The notes beneath the pieces are model-generated. The model was given only the letters and a program-made list of their open reading frames with translations, did not search any database and had not been told where the DNA came from. Below are positions 1-7,021 of a DNA stretch of 37,038 nucleotides, one piece after another. Location of the stretch: IMG/VR virus record IMGVR_UViG_3300045988_084091, positions 1 through 37,038 of that record; one strand, written 5' to 3'. Position numbers and translations under genes: made by a program. Source of the DNA: a virus. Each line of letters opens with the position of its first letter. The first letter of the stretch is position 1.

Positions 1-103
1 CGAGGAATGGAGGATGTACTTACGGCGCGAGATCGAGCGGCTGCTGATCCTAGCGGACACGCGGACGATGGAGATGACGCTGGAATTTCTGCGCGCAGCG
101 TAA
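1..103 (+). CDS. 3' part of the 36-aa ORF; redundant copy of 36912-37022 created by the terminal repeat
   Basis: Same frame and same stop (taa at 101-103) as 36912-37022. Not an independent gene. Confidence 0.6.
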   Translation, partial: EEWRMYLRREIERLLILADTRTMEMTLEFLRAA

Positions 104-119
104 AGAAAAACAAAAAAGC
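1..119. repeat. Left copy of the 119-bp terminal direct repeat
   Basis: cgaggaatggaggatgtactt...taaagaaaaacaaaaaagc is repeated exactly at 36920-37038. Confidence 0.95.
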
Positions 120-124
120 AAAGA

Positions 125-156
125 AAGAGGAGCAGGAAATCAATCCTGCTCCTCTT
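125..156. terminator. Bidirectional stem-loop terminator between convergent genes
   Basis: Stem aagaggagcagg / cctgctcctctt (12 bp) with loop aaatcaat. A-rich upstream and tcgtgtttt downstream. Lies between the plus-strand 36-aa ORF and the minus-strand repressor gene. Confidence 0.7.
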
Positions 157-520
157 TCGTGTTTTCCGCGGTGATCTGCCGGGCAAAGTCCTCGATGTCG
201 GCCCAGCGCTCTTCCGGAAGCCGGGCCAGCGCCAACAGGAACCGCCGCCGGAAATTGTCGTCCTCGCCCTGCATGACGTCGCCGACAAAGCGCATGATCT
301 CCTTGTCGCGCGAGATCTGGACGAACATCTCACCCTCGCCGGTGCGCAGCCACGTTTCATTGACGTTGAATTCGCGGCAGATTAAGGCGGCTGCGGTATC
401 GGATGCGTTGCGGCCAATTTCATAATTGGCAATCGCGCCGCGTTTCACGCCGATCCTGTCCGCGAATTCTTGCTGTGTCAAGCCAAGCGCTTGCCGCAGC
501 TCTTTTATTCTGTTTCCCAT
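140..520 (-). CDS. XRE-family HTH transcriptional repressor (CI-like), 126 aa
   Basis: The internal ATG at 520 is preceded by AGGAGG (ttcacaaggaggtaaatgc ATG). The N-terminus MGNRIKELRQALGLTQQEFADRIGVKRGAIANYEIGRN is a classic XRE helix-turn-helix. Divergent from the early operon. Confidence 0.85.
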   Translation of the reverse strand: MGNRIKELRQALGLTQQEFADRIGVKRGAIANYEIGRNASDTAAALICREFNVNETWLRTGEGEMFVQISRDKEIMRFVGDVMQGEDDNFRRRFLLALARLPEERWADIEDFARQITAENTKEEQD

Positions 521-542
521 GCATTTACCTCCTTGTGAATCA

Positions 543-571
543 AGGATAGCACAGACGTTGCTATCCGTCAA
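543..571 (-). promoter_or_regulatory. Sigma70-like promoter of the repressor gene, with an inverted-repeat operator in the spacer
   Basis: The minus strand reads TTGACG-17 nt-TATCCT. The spacer holds the inverted repeat ggatagc(n9)gctatcc (544-566). Confidence 0.55.
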
Positions 572-600
572 CGAAAAAATGCAAAATAACACAAAAAGTC

Positions 601-629
601 TTGACAAATGTGTCTGCATTGATTATTAT
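601..629 (+). promoter_or_regulatory. Early (lytic) sigma70-like promoter
   Basis: TTGACA (601-606), a 17-nt spacer, then TATTAT (624-629). Back-to-back with the repressor promoter. Confidence 0.7.
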
Positions 630-654
630 TTCAATAGAAACGCAAATCAATGCA
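615..654. promoter_or_regulatory. Perfect 10-bp inverted repeat (putative operator) bracketing the -10 and start site of the early promoter
   Basis: tgcattgatt (615-624) and aatcaatgca (645-654) are exact reverse complements. Confidence 0.6.
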
Positions 655-681
655 ACGCACCGTTGGAAGGAGGTGGACAAA

Positions 682-816
682 ATGCTGACGAATAACGAGC
701 AGAAGACGCTGGAGCGGCTGGGCCGCATGATGCAGAACATGAACGACATGCAGAAGGCGCAGCTGTGTGCCTTTACGGAAGGCTTGGCGATGGCGCTGGA
801 GCGAAAAGGCGCGTGA
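682..816 (+). CDS. Small early protein, 44 aa, unknown function
   Basis: ATG at 682 lies 8 nt after GGAAGGAGGTGG. First gene downstream of the early promoter. Confidence 0.6.
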   Translation: MLTNNEQKTLERLGRMMQNMNDMQKAQLCAFTEGLAMALERKGA

Positions 817-878
817 GGCGGCTTTATTTGCCGTCTCCGCCCTTCTTTCCATTGCCGGAATGCCCGTCTGCTCGACAG

Positions 879-922
879 TGGAACCAGAATGGAACCAATC
901 TGGAACCAGAATGGAACCACAG
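879..922. repeat. Four tandem 11-bp units (TGGAACCA core), iteron-like
   Basis: tggaaccagaa tggaaccaatc tggaaccagaa tggaaccacag. The 11-bp spacing equals one helical turn. Lies in an intergenic region. Confidence 0.8.
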
Positions 923-930
923 TATAGAGT

Positions 931-986
931 AGAAGAGGTTTAGTAAAGGCTTAGGAAAGACAAGAAGAGGTTTAGTTAAGGCTAGG
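931..986. repeat. Two copies of a ~25-bp direct repeat
   Basis: agaagaggtttagtaaaggcttagg (931-955) and agaagaggtttagttaaggctagg (963-986). Intergenic, followed by the GC palindrome gcgccgcggcgc. Confidence 0.75.
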
Positions 987-1056
987 TGGTTGCGCGCGGG
1001 CGCGAGCGCCGCGGCGCACATCCCAAGAAACGAATTTTCGACAAAGGAGAATCCTC

Positions 1057-1296
1057 ATGGAGAAAGAACGCACCGTCACAACAAACGAAGCGGATGCCGC
1101 CATCGAGGCGGAGATCGCGCATCTGAGAGCGGACGAGTATGTCCGGCTCGCTAAGCGCTACGAGTACGCGCGTACCCGCCGCAAGCAGTATCTGTATCAG
1201 CTCCGATACTTCCAGAAGAAAGGCCGTGAGCTTGCCGCCCTCGGCGTAACGATGGAAAACCTCGATGAGATGCTGTGTAGCTCGGAGGAGGCGTGA
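1057..1296 (+). CDS. Hypothetical early protein, 79 aa
   Basis: ATG follows AAAGGAG. The sequence looks like a charged helical protein. Tightly packed with the next gene. Confidence 0.7.
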   Translation: MEKERTVTTNEADAAIEAEIAHLRADEYVRLAKRYEYARTRRKQYLYQLRYFQKKGRELAALGVTMENLDEMLCSSEEA

Positions 1297-1299
1297 CCC

Positions 1300-1530
1300 A
1301 TGCCGAAATTGAGAAAACGCGCCAGCCGCTACGATCAACTGCAGGTGCTGCTTTATGGGCAGCTCCGGATGCACGGCACGAAGCCGGAGGATCTGCTCGG
1401 CTGCTGCCGCGAGACGGCGGCGAAGCGCCTGCGGGACATCGACCGCATGCCGGTCGGCGACCTGCTCGCGCTCGGGCGAGGGCTTGACATTCCGATCGCC
1501 GACCTCCGCGCGGCGATCAGGTATCAGTAA
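1300..1530 (+). CDS. Hypothetical early protein, 76 aa (possible DNA-binding)
   Basis: ATG follows GGAGGAGG. The basic N-terminus and helical content suggest an HTH-like protein, but no firm motif was seen. Confidence 0.65.
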   Translation: MPKLRKRASRYDQLQVLLYGQLRMHGTKPEDLLGCCRETAAKRLRDIDRMPVGDLLALGRGLDIPIADLRAAIRYQ

Positions 1531-1551
1531 ACGAGAGAAAGGGGAAACAAC

Positions 1552-2619
1552 ATGAACGAAATCACAGTCACGTCGCAGCAGCAGCTTGACAATCTGCCGC
1601 ACGACTGTCATGGAATAATCTACATCAAGTTCGGCACGCCGTATGATAAGGCTATCGTAAGGCGGAAATATGATTTTGCCTCCGTCGTGGCGCGGGGGAA
1701 CAGCTACGTCGTGGCGTGGGGGAACAGCTCCGTCGAGGCGTTGGAGAACAGCTCCGTCGAGGCGTGGGGGAACAGCTCCGTCGTGGCGTTGGAGAACAGC
1801 TACGTCGTGGCGCGGGAGAACAGCTACGTCGTGGCGTGGGGGAACAGCTCCGTCGTGGCGTGGGAGAACAGCTCCGTCGAGGCGTTGGAGAACAGCTACG
1901 TCGTGGCGTGGGGGAACAGCTCCGTCGTGGCGTGGGGGAACAGCTCCGTCGTGGCGTGGGAGAACAGCTCCGTCGTGGCGCGGGGGAACAGCTACGTCGT
2001 GGCGTGGGGGAACAGCTCCGTCGTGGCGTTGGAGAACAGCTCCGTCGAGGCGTGGGGGAACAGCTCCGTCGTGGCGTTGGAGAACAGCTACGTCGTGGCG
2101 CGGGAGAACAGCTACGTCGTGGCGCGGGGGAACAGCCAAATCAATCAAAAGAGCGATGCATCTAAAATTAACGCATCCAGTAATGCGCGCGTTGTGCACG
2201 ACCCGCACACCATTGACGAATATGTCGATTTTTACGGCATTGAGAACAGCAACGGCAAAGCGAAACTGTTTAAAGCGGTGCGGAAGCACGACGGTGTGTA
2301 CCGCTCGAACTGGGATGCAGATTTTGTGTATACAATCGGGGAATCAGTTGCGGCAGACGGCTTTTGCGCTGACCCTAACGAAGATTGCGGGCGCGGTATC
2401 CATATGGCCTATCTCGACTGGTGTCTGGCATACGGAAACTGCTGGACTGATCTCGCAATCCTCGAAGTCGAAGCGGACATGAGCACAGTTGTTGTGCCGA
2501 AATGCGGCTCCGGCAAAGTTCGCGCCCCGTCTTGCAAAGTGATTCGGGAGGTTCCGCTGGAAGAATGCGGCTTGTACGGAAAGGCGCTGGCCAAGCGCAG
2601 AAACGGAGGGGCAGCATGA
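1552..2619 (+). CDS. Octapeptide-repeat (beta-solenoid-like) protein with a Cys/His-containing C-terminal globular domain, 355 aa
   Basis: ATG follows AAAGGGGA. Contains 19 in-frame units of A-[RWL]-[GE]-N-S-[YS]-V-[VE], then a non-repetitive C-terminus (DPNEDCGRGIHMAYLDWCLAYGNCW). Its stop overlaps the next start (ATGA). Confidence 0.8.
   Translation: MNEITVTSQQQLDNLPHDCHGIIYIKFGTPYDKAIVRRKYDFASVVARGNSYVVAWGNSSVEALENSSVEAWGNSSVVALENSYVVARENSYVVAWGNSSVVAWENSSVEALENSYVVAWGNSSVVAWGNSSVVAWENSSVVARGNSYVVAWGNSSVVALENSSVEAWGNSSVVALENSYVVARENSYVVARGNSQINQKSDASKINASSNARVVHDPHTIDEYVDFYGIENSNGKAKLFKAVRKHDGVYRSNWDADFVYTIGESVAADGFCADPNEDCGRGIHMAYLDWCLAYGNCWTDLAILEVEADMSTVVVPKCGSGKVRAPSCKVIREVPLEECGLYGKALAKRRNGGAA
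1678..2136 (+). repeat. 24-bp tandem repeat tract (19 full units plus a partial leading unit), inside the CDS
   Basis: Unit gcg[c/t][g/t]gg[g/a]gaacagct[a/c]cgtcg[t/a]g. Full units start at 1690. All six reading frames are open across the tract. Confidence 0.95.
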
Positions 2620-2771
2620 AAGTGTTCGGGGACCCGAAGGTGAAAGCAAAGGCGCGCCGCTATATCGTCTGGGGCATCGAGGACGGCATCGTCTGTGCGA
2701 GCTTCCTAGGCGGCATTGCGCTGGCCGGGTGGGTGTTCCACGTGGTCTTCACGGCACTGGGGGTGGCATGA
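2616..2771 (+). CDS. Small membrane protein, 51 aa
   Basis: ATGA overlap with the upstream stop. Hydrophobic C-terminus GIVCASFLGGIALAGWVFHVVFTALGV. Confidence 0.6.
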   Translation: MKVFGDPKVKAKARRYIVWGIEDGIVCASFLGGIALAGWVFHVVFTALGVA

Positions 2772-3136
2772 TGACGGAAGAACAGCGCCGTATGCATAAC
2801 GCATACGCTCGGGCGTACTACGCGCAGCACCGAGACCGCATCCTACAAAACAAGCGCGATAACCGCGAAGCGCGCAACGCATATATGCGCAAATACCGCG
2901 CGGCGAACTACGAAAAGCTGGCTGCGTACTACAGCAACAGACGGCGCAAAAAATCGCGTGACACCGCTTTCGGCGCGTTTTTGCTGGAAAACGGTATCAC
3001 GCAGACGGCAGCGGCAAAAATGCTCGGCGTGTCTGTATCAACGGCAAACTGCTGGGCGAACGGAATCACGACCGCGAACGAAGATAAGATCCGCGCAGTG
3101 TGGCCGGAGTATGGGGGTGCGGAATGCCGAAACTGA
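2768..3136 (+). CDS. Basic protein with a C-terminal HTH, 122 aa
   Basis: ATGA overlap start. The N-terminus is R/K/Y-rich. The C-terminal NGITQTAAAKMLGVSVSTANCWANG looks like a helix-turn-helix. Confidence 0.65.
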   Translation: MMTEEQRRMHNAYARAYYAQHRDRILQNKRDNREARNAYMRKYRAANYEKLAAYYSNRRRKKSRDTAFGAFLLENGITQTAAAKMLGVSVSTANCWANGITTANEDKIRAVWPEYGGAECRN

Positions 3137-3285
3137 CGATCGAACCGCCGGTTGATCCCCCAGCCTACACCTGCCCGCGCTGCCCGGTGTGCGATGCGGA
3201 GACGGACAAGCTGCTACGTGACCGATGGGGAAACATTGTCGGCTGCCCGGAATGTGTGAAGGAGGTAGACGCATGGACATTGTAA
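3124..3285 (+). CDS. Zinc-ribbon protein, 53 aa
   Basis: ATG at 3124. Two CxxC pairs (CPRCPVC ... CPEC). Confidence 0.6.
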   Translation: MPKLTIEPPVDPPAYTCPRCPVCDAETDKLLRDRWGNIVGCPECVKEVDAWTL

Positions 3286-3566
3286 GTGACACCTACATTC
3301 ACGGCGGCATCCCGCAAAGCCGCTATTGCAGCAGTTGTGCACACTATCAGGCACTTTCCGGCAGCAGCATCGACAGCAACTGCGGCGGCAGTGCGCGCGT
3401 CTGCCTGTACATCCTCGACACCGGCCATCGGCGTGGATGCTTGCCCGGCCCCGGCTGTGATAAGCACATTACATTCGCGCAGTGGCGCGAGAGCGAGCGC
3501 GGCCGCGCCGTCCTGCGGAAGAAGCGCAGCCAGAGCCGCCCCAGAAAACGGAGGGAAGCACCATGA
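3273..3566 (+). CDS. Cys-rich hypothetical protein, 97 aa
   Basis: ATG at 3273 follows GAAGGAGG. Cysteines are spaced CSSC...C...C...C..C, and the tail is basic. Confidence 0.6.
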   Translation: MDIVSDTYIHGGIPQSRYCSSCAHYQALSGSSIDSNCGGSARVCLYILDTGHRRGCLPGPGCDKHITFAQWRESERGRAVLRKKRSQSRPRKRREAP

Positions 3567-3772
3567 CGACTGACCGCGCAACGCTGCATTACATCCTCTC
3601 CAGGGCACGCATCTACTTTGCCGGCGAGCACATTGCCTGTGATTACTGCCCGTGTCTGGAAACATACAGCCGCAAGCAGTGCCGCCTCACCGGCGAGTAT
3701 CTGCTCGACACACGAACCATCGGGTACAACTGCCCGCTGGAGTTTGAGCCGGAAGGAGATGAAACAACATGA
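3563..3772 (+). CDS. Cys-rich hypothetical protein, 69 aa
   Basis: ATG at 3563 follows GGAGGGAA. ATGA overlap with the upstream stop. Confidence 0.6.
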   Translation: MTTDRATLHYILSRARIYFAGEHIACDYCPCLETYSRKQCRLTGEYLLDTRTIGYNCPLEFEPEGDETT

Positions 3773-4302
3773 ACAAATTCCGTTGCCTGCGCGCGGACGA
3801 GATCGAGTGCCGTGTGCAGCAGGTCAAGGATAACGGTCTTGTCCTCCTGCTCTACAAAGATGCGCGCTGCGACATGACCATCCTGGACGAGACGGTCGGC
3901 GCGATGAACTGGCAGCGTGAGCACCGGCGCGATAACGCCAACTGCGTCGTGTCTATCTGGGACAGCGAAAAAGGGCAGTGGATCAGCAAGGAGGACACCG
4001 GCACGGAATCCAACACGGAGGCGGAAAAGGGCCTTGCGTCCGACAGCTTCAAGCGAGCGTGCGTCAACTGGGGCATCGGCCGCGAGCTGTACACTGCACC
4101 GTTTATCTGGATACCGGCAGGGAACTACACTGCCAACGGCCGCAAGTGCTATGACAAATTCGCAGTCGAGAAGATCGAGTACGTGAAAAATGACGACGGC
4201 TCCGACCGTCACGAAATCCTGAATCTATCCATCCGAAACACGACCATGAACAAGCGCGTGTTTGTCCACATCGGCAGCACCGCAAAGAAAGGAAGTAAAT
4301 AA
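3769..4302 (+). CDS. Rad52/Sak-type single-strand annealing protein, 177 aa
   Basis: The motif GLASDSFKRACVNWGIGRELY matches the conserved Rad52/Rad22-family core as I recall it. Lies immediately upstream of SSB. Confidence 0.7.
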   Translation: MNKFRCLRADEIECRVQQVKDNGLVLLLYKDARCDMTILDETVGAMNWQREHRRDNANCVVSIWDSEKGQWISKEDTGTESNTEAEKGLASDSFKRACVNWGIGRELYTAPFIWIPAGNYTANGRKCYDKFAVEKIEYVKNDDGSDRHEILNLSIRNTTMNKRVFVHIGSTAKKGSK

Positions 4303-4303
4303 C

Positions 4304-4771
4304 ATGATTATTCGCACAAGAACCGGCGACTGCATCGTTGCCGGGAGACTTTCCCGTGACGCAGAGTTTTCCAACGTCGGCTCGAAAAACACGCCGCTGA
4401 CGAAGTTTAGCATTCCTGCCCGAGACACCGTGCAGCCGGACGGCAGCAAGCAGACCGAATGGATCAACTGTGAGGTGTGGTATGAGGCCGCCATGAATGC
4501 CGCGCAGCTCAAAAAGGGTGATTCTGTCATCGTATGTGGGCAGCTCTCCACGCGCAGCTATACCACCCGCGACGGGGAGGAACGCAGCGAGGAGCGCCTG
4601 CGTGCAGACGCCTTTGTCAAAGCGTCCGTGCCGGTCTCTTCTGCCAGCGTGGAGCAGCTTGCCTCCGCCTATCCCGGCGTCGTGCGCGGCGTCGGAGTTG
4701 TCGCGGACGACTTCACGAATGAGCCGAAGTTTGAGGAACTGCCGGAGGATGAATCCGACCTTCCGTTTTGA
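4304..4771 (+). CDS. ssb: Single-stranded DNA-binding protein, 155 aa
   Basis: OB-fold-like N-terminal region and the typical acidic C-terminal tip EDESDLPF. ATG at 4304 follows AAAGGAAG. Confidence 0.85.
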   Translation: MIIRTRTGDCIVAGRLSRDAEFSNVGSKNTPLTKFSIPARDTVQPDGSKQTEWINCEVWYEAAMNAAQLKKGDSVIVCGQLSTRSYTTRDGEERSEERLRADAFVKASVPVSSASVEQLASAYPGVVRGVGVVADDFTNEPKFEELPEDESDLPF

Positions 4772-4783
4772 TCGGAGGCCGCC

Positions 4784-5515
4784 ATGGCAGAAAAGCGAAT
4801 GTTCGCGCGCTCGCTCATCGACAGTGACGCGTTTCTGGAGATGCCGCTCTCCGCGCAGGCGCTGTATTTCCACCTCAACATGCGCGCGGATGACGACGGG
4901 TTCATCAACAACCCGAAGCGCATCACGGACTATGTCGGCGCGGCGGCTGACGATCTGAAGCTGCTCCTTGCAAAGCGCTTTATCATCGTCTTTGATTCCG
5001 GCGTCATTGTCATCCGGCACTGGCGCATGCACAACACGCTCAAAAGTGACCGATACCATCCGACGAACTATCAGGAAGAGTTTGCAACACTCTGCCTAGA
5101 GGAAAACAAGGCATACTCCGAGCGACCGCAGACGACACCTGCCGCAGAACCGGCCAGAGTGGAAAAGCCAGCAGCGCGCCCGGCGCAAAAAGCCGCCGCA
5201 AAGCCTCCGGAAAAGAAACCCTATGGAGAAATGCACAACGTCATGCTCGCGGATGACGAGCTGGAAAAGCTCCAGCGAGATTACCCGAACGACTACGAAA
5301 CATATGTCGAGCGCCTGTCCCTGTACATCACCAGCAAAGGCGCGCGGTACAAATCCCACTACGCCGTCATCCGGCAGTGGCTTGCAAAAGACGGCGTGAA
5401 GGCAGAGAACGAGAAGCGCGCGCCGGTCTCCGGTAAGGACGACCTGGACAAAGTGGAGCGAATGCTCGCTGCCATGAAGGGGGGTGCGCAGGATGCCTAC
5501 CATGTTAGCCCTTGA
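4784..5515 (+). CDS. Phage replisome organizer / DnaD-like replication initiation protein, 243 aa
   Basis: The N-terminus MFARSLIDSDAFLEMPLSAQALYFHLNMRADDDGFINNPKRI matches the replisome-organizer N-terminal domain pattern. It is followed by a Pro/Ala linker and a helical C-terminal domain. Confidence 0.75.
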   Translation: MAEKRMFARSLIDSDAFLEMPLSAQALYFHLNMRADDDGFINNPKRITDYVGAAADDLKLLLAKRFIIVFDSGVIVIRHWRMHNTLKSDRYHPTNYQEEFATLCLEENKAYSERPQTTPAAEPARVEKPAARPAQKAAAKPPEKKPYGEMHNVMLADDELEKLQRDYPNDYETYVERLSLYITSKGARYKSHYAVIRQWLAKDGVKAENEKRAPVSGKDDLDKVERMLAAMKGGAQDAYHVSP

Positions 5516-5981
5516 CCCCGGCAACCGGGAAACCGGCTGGTGCATCGTCGATACGATCACCCGCGCACCGGTGCAGGGGGGAAAGGACGAGAACACACTC
5601 GTCTCCGTCATTGTGACCTGCGGCGCGTTCACCGTTGCCGCGATTGAGATCATCGAATCTTACGGCATGGCGGTCGGGCGCGACGTGTTTGAGACGTGCG
5701 AGTGGATCGGACGCTATAAGCAGCTACTCGACGACCGCGGCGTACCGTACCACATCGTCACGCGCAAAGAGGAAAAGCTCAATATCTGCGGCAGCTCTCG
5801 CGCGAACGATACCACGATCCGCCACGCGCTGATTGACCGCTTCGCGTCGCACGACTTCCGCAGCGGCAAGGGCACGAAAGCAAATCCAGACTTTTTCTAC
5901 GGCTTCCGCGCCGATCAGTGGAGCGCGTATGCCGTTGCAACGACCGCCCTCGACAGGGAAGAAAAGGAGATACTTATATGA
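5493..5981 (+). CDS. RuvC-like Holliday junction resolvase, 162 aa
   Basis: The N-terminal LALDPGNRETGWCIV carries the catalytic Asp signature. The size and position after replication genes fit. GTG 5484 and ATG 5502 are alternative starts. Confidence 0.6.
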   Translation: MPTMLALDPGNRETGWCIVDTITRAPVQGGKDENTLVSVIVTCGAFTVAAIEIIESYGMAVGRDVFETCEWIGRYKQLLDDRGVPYHIVTRKEEKLNICGSSRANDTTIRHALIDRFASHDFRSGKGTKANPDFFYGFRADQWSAYAVATTALDREEKEILI

Positions 5982-6205
5982 AAACTTATATGACGATCAA
6001 CCAAACAGTAAGAGAGACGGGTTTCTCTGAGGGTATGCTCCGCGCTCGACTCAAGCGCAACAAGCTACCCGGCTTCTATGCCGGATCCCGCTATTACATC
6101 AATGTCCCGCTCTTGATGGAGATGCTCGACGCGGAATGCCGGTTGAACGCATCCCTCGACCGGGCGGAAGAGGAGGGCGACTATGAGCGTCTATGTCAAC
6201 TTTGA
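5978..6205 (+). CDS. Excisionase/MerR-type HTH DNA-binding protein, 75 aa
   Basis: MTINQTVRETGFSEGMLRARLKRNKLPGFYAGSRYYI resembles the excisionase-family HTH. ATG follows AAAGGAG. Confidence 0.55.
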   Translation: MKTYMTINQTVRETGFSEGMLRARLKRNKLPGFYAGSRYYINVPLLMEMLDAECRLNASLDRAEEEGDYERLCQL

Positions 6206-6452
6206 CCACTTGATTGACTATCTCAGGTGCGTTCGCAAGAACAGGGGAGTCAATATTTCGCCATACATGGACAACGCTTTGCTTAATGTTCAGCAACTTT
6301 TGGAAATCGATGTGCACAACCCGATACTGTTTGATTATGTCGAAATCGGTGGCTGTGATGGTTGTTCGTGGAAGGGCTTACGGCATCAGAGGTGTTCGTG
6401 TTGCCGTAGAAATAGATTTTTGAAGGACGGATACACCAAGAAGGAGGGCTGA
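6183..6452 (+). CDS. Hypothetical protein, 89 aa (Cys-rich C-terminus)
   Basis: ATG follows GAGGAGGG. Ends ...KKEG* inside the junction sequence that is repeated downstream. Confidence 0.6.
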   Translation: MSVYVNFDHLIDYLRCVRKNRGVNISPYMDNALLNVQQLLEIDVHNPILFDYVEIGGCDGCSWKGLRHQRCSCCRRNRFLKDGYTKKEG

Positions 6453-6454
6453 CA

Positions 6455-6514
6455 ATGGCTGAATACCTAGAGCGGGGAGCACTGAGGGGGCGAAGCGGCG
6501 ATGTATTCCCTTGA
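6455..6514 (+). pseudogene. 19-codon remnant of the N-terminus of the 6701-7021 gene
   Basis: Starts with the same RBS and first codons (aggagggctgacaATGGCTGAATAC) as the intact gene 246 bp downstream, then diverges and hits a stop. Confidence 0.55.
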
Positions 6515-6698
6515 GTACAAATTGCTATACACCCCCCGCGAGGAGCTGACTAAAAACCGCACGTTCCAAAGCTACCGGTGGAAGCAGTACGCTGTGTGTG
6601 AGGAGCGCGGGCCACTGGAACAAATTAGGGACGCGCAGAAAAGGACGAAGGAGTGGAGAATTATCCCACTTGCCGGAAGCGTGGAACAGGAGGGCTGA
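6501..6698 (+). CDS. Hypothetical protein, 65 aa; looks like an inserted cassette
   Basis: Open frame flanked by the duplicated gene junction. Ends ...EQEG*, just as the upstream gene ends ...KKEG*. Confidence 0.5.
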   Translation: MYSLEYKLLYTPREELTKNRTFQSYRWKQYAVCEERGPLEQIRDAQKRTKEWRIIPLAGSVEQEG

Positions 6699-6700
6699 CA

Positions 6701-7021
6701 ATGGCTGAATACATCGAGCGTGAAGCGGCGATGCTGCTGCCCGAACTGCCAAAGGAGTATAGGCACTATCAAACAGACAACCTTGATGATGCATATGAAC
6801 AAGGGTGGGATGATGCGCTTTGCTGCCTTGAACATATCCCCGCCGCCGACGTTGCGCCGGTGGTGCATGGAGATTGGCTTCTAAGGCACATCGGGGTAGG
6901 ACATTACTGGGAGTGTTCAATCTGTCACACAAACCCGTGCATTTATATAACAGAACACACGAAGTTCTGCCCAAACTGCGGCGCTAGAATGGACGGTGAT
7001 AGCAATGCCAAAGCGGATTAA
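6701..7021 (+). CDS. Hypothetical protein with a C-terminal zinc ribbon, 106 aa
   Basis: ATG at 6701 follows AGGAGGG. The N-terminus is MAEYIEREAA. The C-terminus carries CSIC...CPNC. Confidence 0.7.
   Translation: MAEYIEREAAMLLPELPKEYRHYQTDNLDDAYEQGWDDALCCLEHIPAADVAPVVHGDWLLRHIGVGHYWECSICHTNPCIYITEHTKFCPNCGARMDGDSNAKAD

Noticed and set aside
1-119. Terminal 119-bp repeats as attL/attR or LTR-like element ends
   Set aside because: The repeat lies inside a small coding gene and its terminator, and is not adjacent to int. A tRNA-fragment attP with arm repeats exists elsewhere. A circular closure or assembly overlap is the simpler reading.
1678-2136. Regular 24-bp repeat array as a possible CRISPR array
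   Set aside because: The units are contiguous with no spacers. The period is a multiple of 3, inside a well-supported CDS. No cas genes or leader are present.
982-2482. Long ORFs 982-2289 (-), 1670-2482 (+) and 1716-2165 (+), with repetitive Pro/Arg/Gly-rich products
   Set aside because: They are frame shadows of the 24-bp tandem repeat, which lacks stops in all six frames. Only the 1552-2619 frame has an RBS, a non-repetitive N- and C-terminus and translational coupling to the next gene.
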